Source: Camelus dromedarius (taxonomy: Eukaryota). From it: a stretch of DNA of 64,000 nt. The stretch covers positions 29,762,001-29,826,000 of the forward strand of contig NC_087437.1 of the NCBI RefSeq assembly GCF_036321535.1, in the 5' to 3' direction. Every line of letters starts with the position of its first letter. Position 1 is the first letter of the stretch. A program made the position numbers and the translations under genes. Positions 63,241 to 64,000 of this stretch are shown one piece after another. The notes beneath the pieces are model-generated. The model was given only the letters and a program-made list of their open reading frames with translations. It was not told where the DNA came from and did not search any database.

Positions 63241-63729
63241 TTTCCCAGCCACACCCCCATGTTTCTGCTCCTGCTGGGACATGTCTCTGAAATACTGTCC
63301 ACTTCTCGCAATATTTTTCCTATTCTTCTGGCCCACTTCTACCCAGAGTCCTTCACAGAGACTTTCAGAGAACAGGGAGTTTGCCATACCTTCCTCAGCT
63401 CAGGTGCCTTAAATTTGTAATGTGTCAGATGTAGTTAATCAGTCACATTATAAGCTTCAGGAAGGCTGGCCCAGTGCTTGGCACTTAAATGTACCCAATA
63501 AGCATTAGTGGAATGTATAAATACATGAGTAAAGAATGCATGAGATTTAACTGCAAGGTAATAACGCTAGTTAACAAACTGCACTTAAAAATTAGCCTAA
63601 GTATTATTCCAGACACGTAATTGGTGATAAATGCAAATTTGTTTAGTAAATGTAGCAATAATTGGTATCTCACCTCTGACACCCTGTATCATACCACTGA
63701 ATATTTTAATAGTTCAATATGTCACTGGT

Positions 63730-64000
63730 GGAAGTGGGTGAAAGTGGCCAAAAGGTGCAAACTTTCAGTTAAAGAAAAATAAGTTCTGGGATGTAATGCC
63801 CAGCATGGTGATCACAGTTAACAACACTGTATTGTACATTCGAAAATAGCAAAGAAAGCAGATGATAAAAGTTCTCATCACAAAAAAAAAGTTTTGTAAA
63901 CATGCCAGGTGATGGATGTTAACTGAACTTATTGTGGTAATGATTTCACAACATACATATACCAAATCATTGTTGTACATCTTAAACTACTGCCATGTTG
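63730..64000 (+). mobile_element. L1MA9-like 3'UTR (runs off window)
   Basis: 'aaaaggtgcaaactttcagtta...aataagttctgggatgtaat...aaaagttctcatcacaa...gatggatgttaact'. Confidence 0.85.

Noticed and set aside
1..64000. The many 60-180 aa ORFs in the supplied track as genes
   Set aside because: Most start at TTG/GTG, lie in repeats or low-complexity DNA, and resemble no protein I recognise. Only the L1 ORF1/ORF2 pieces are genuine coding remnants.

Overview
AT-rich, repeat-dense placental-mammal DNA (intergenic or deep intronic). I found no recognisable host protein-coding exon, RNA gene or CRISPR array. The L1 3'-UTR type, and the absence of Alu, BovB/Bov-tA, PRE1, SINEC or ERE SINEs, suggest a cetartiodactyl, probably a camelid (inference from recalled repeat consensus). 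Much of the window is old L1M, L2, MIR, MaLR/ERV LTRs and hAT/mariner MITEs. The only clear coding remnants are L1 ORF1 and the ORF2 tail. The best signals are retrotransposition oddities: (1) a TSD-flanked 3.07-kb ORF1-only L1 with both ends (16332-19401); (2) a 14-bp-TSD-flanked insertion that fits L1 3' transduction plus twin-priming inversion (40948-41762); (3) an insertion inside an MLT1 LTR whose antisense L1 segment shows strand-specific A>G changes, like a fossil ADAR-hyperedited RNA (38249-38585). I see no supportable novel gene system. Repeat family names come from memory, with approximate boundaries, and need RepeatMasker/Dfam confirmation.
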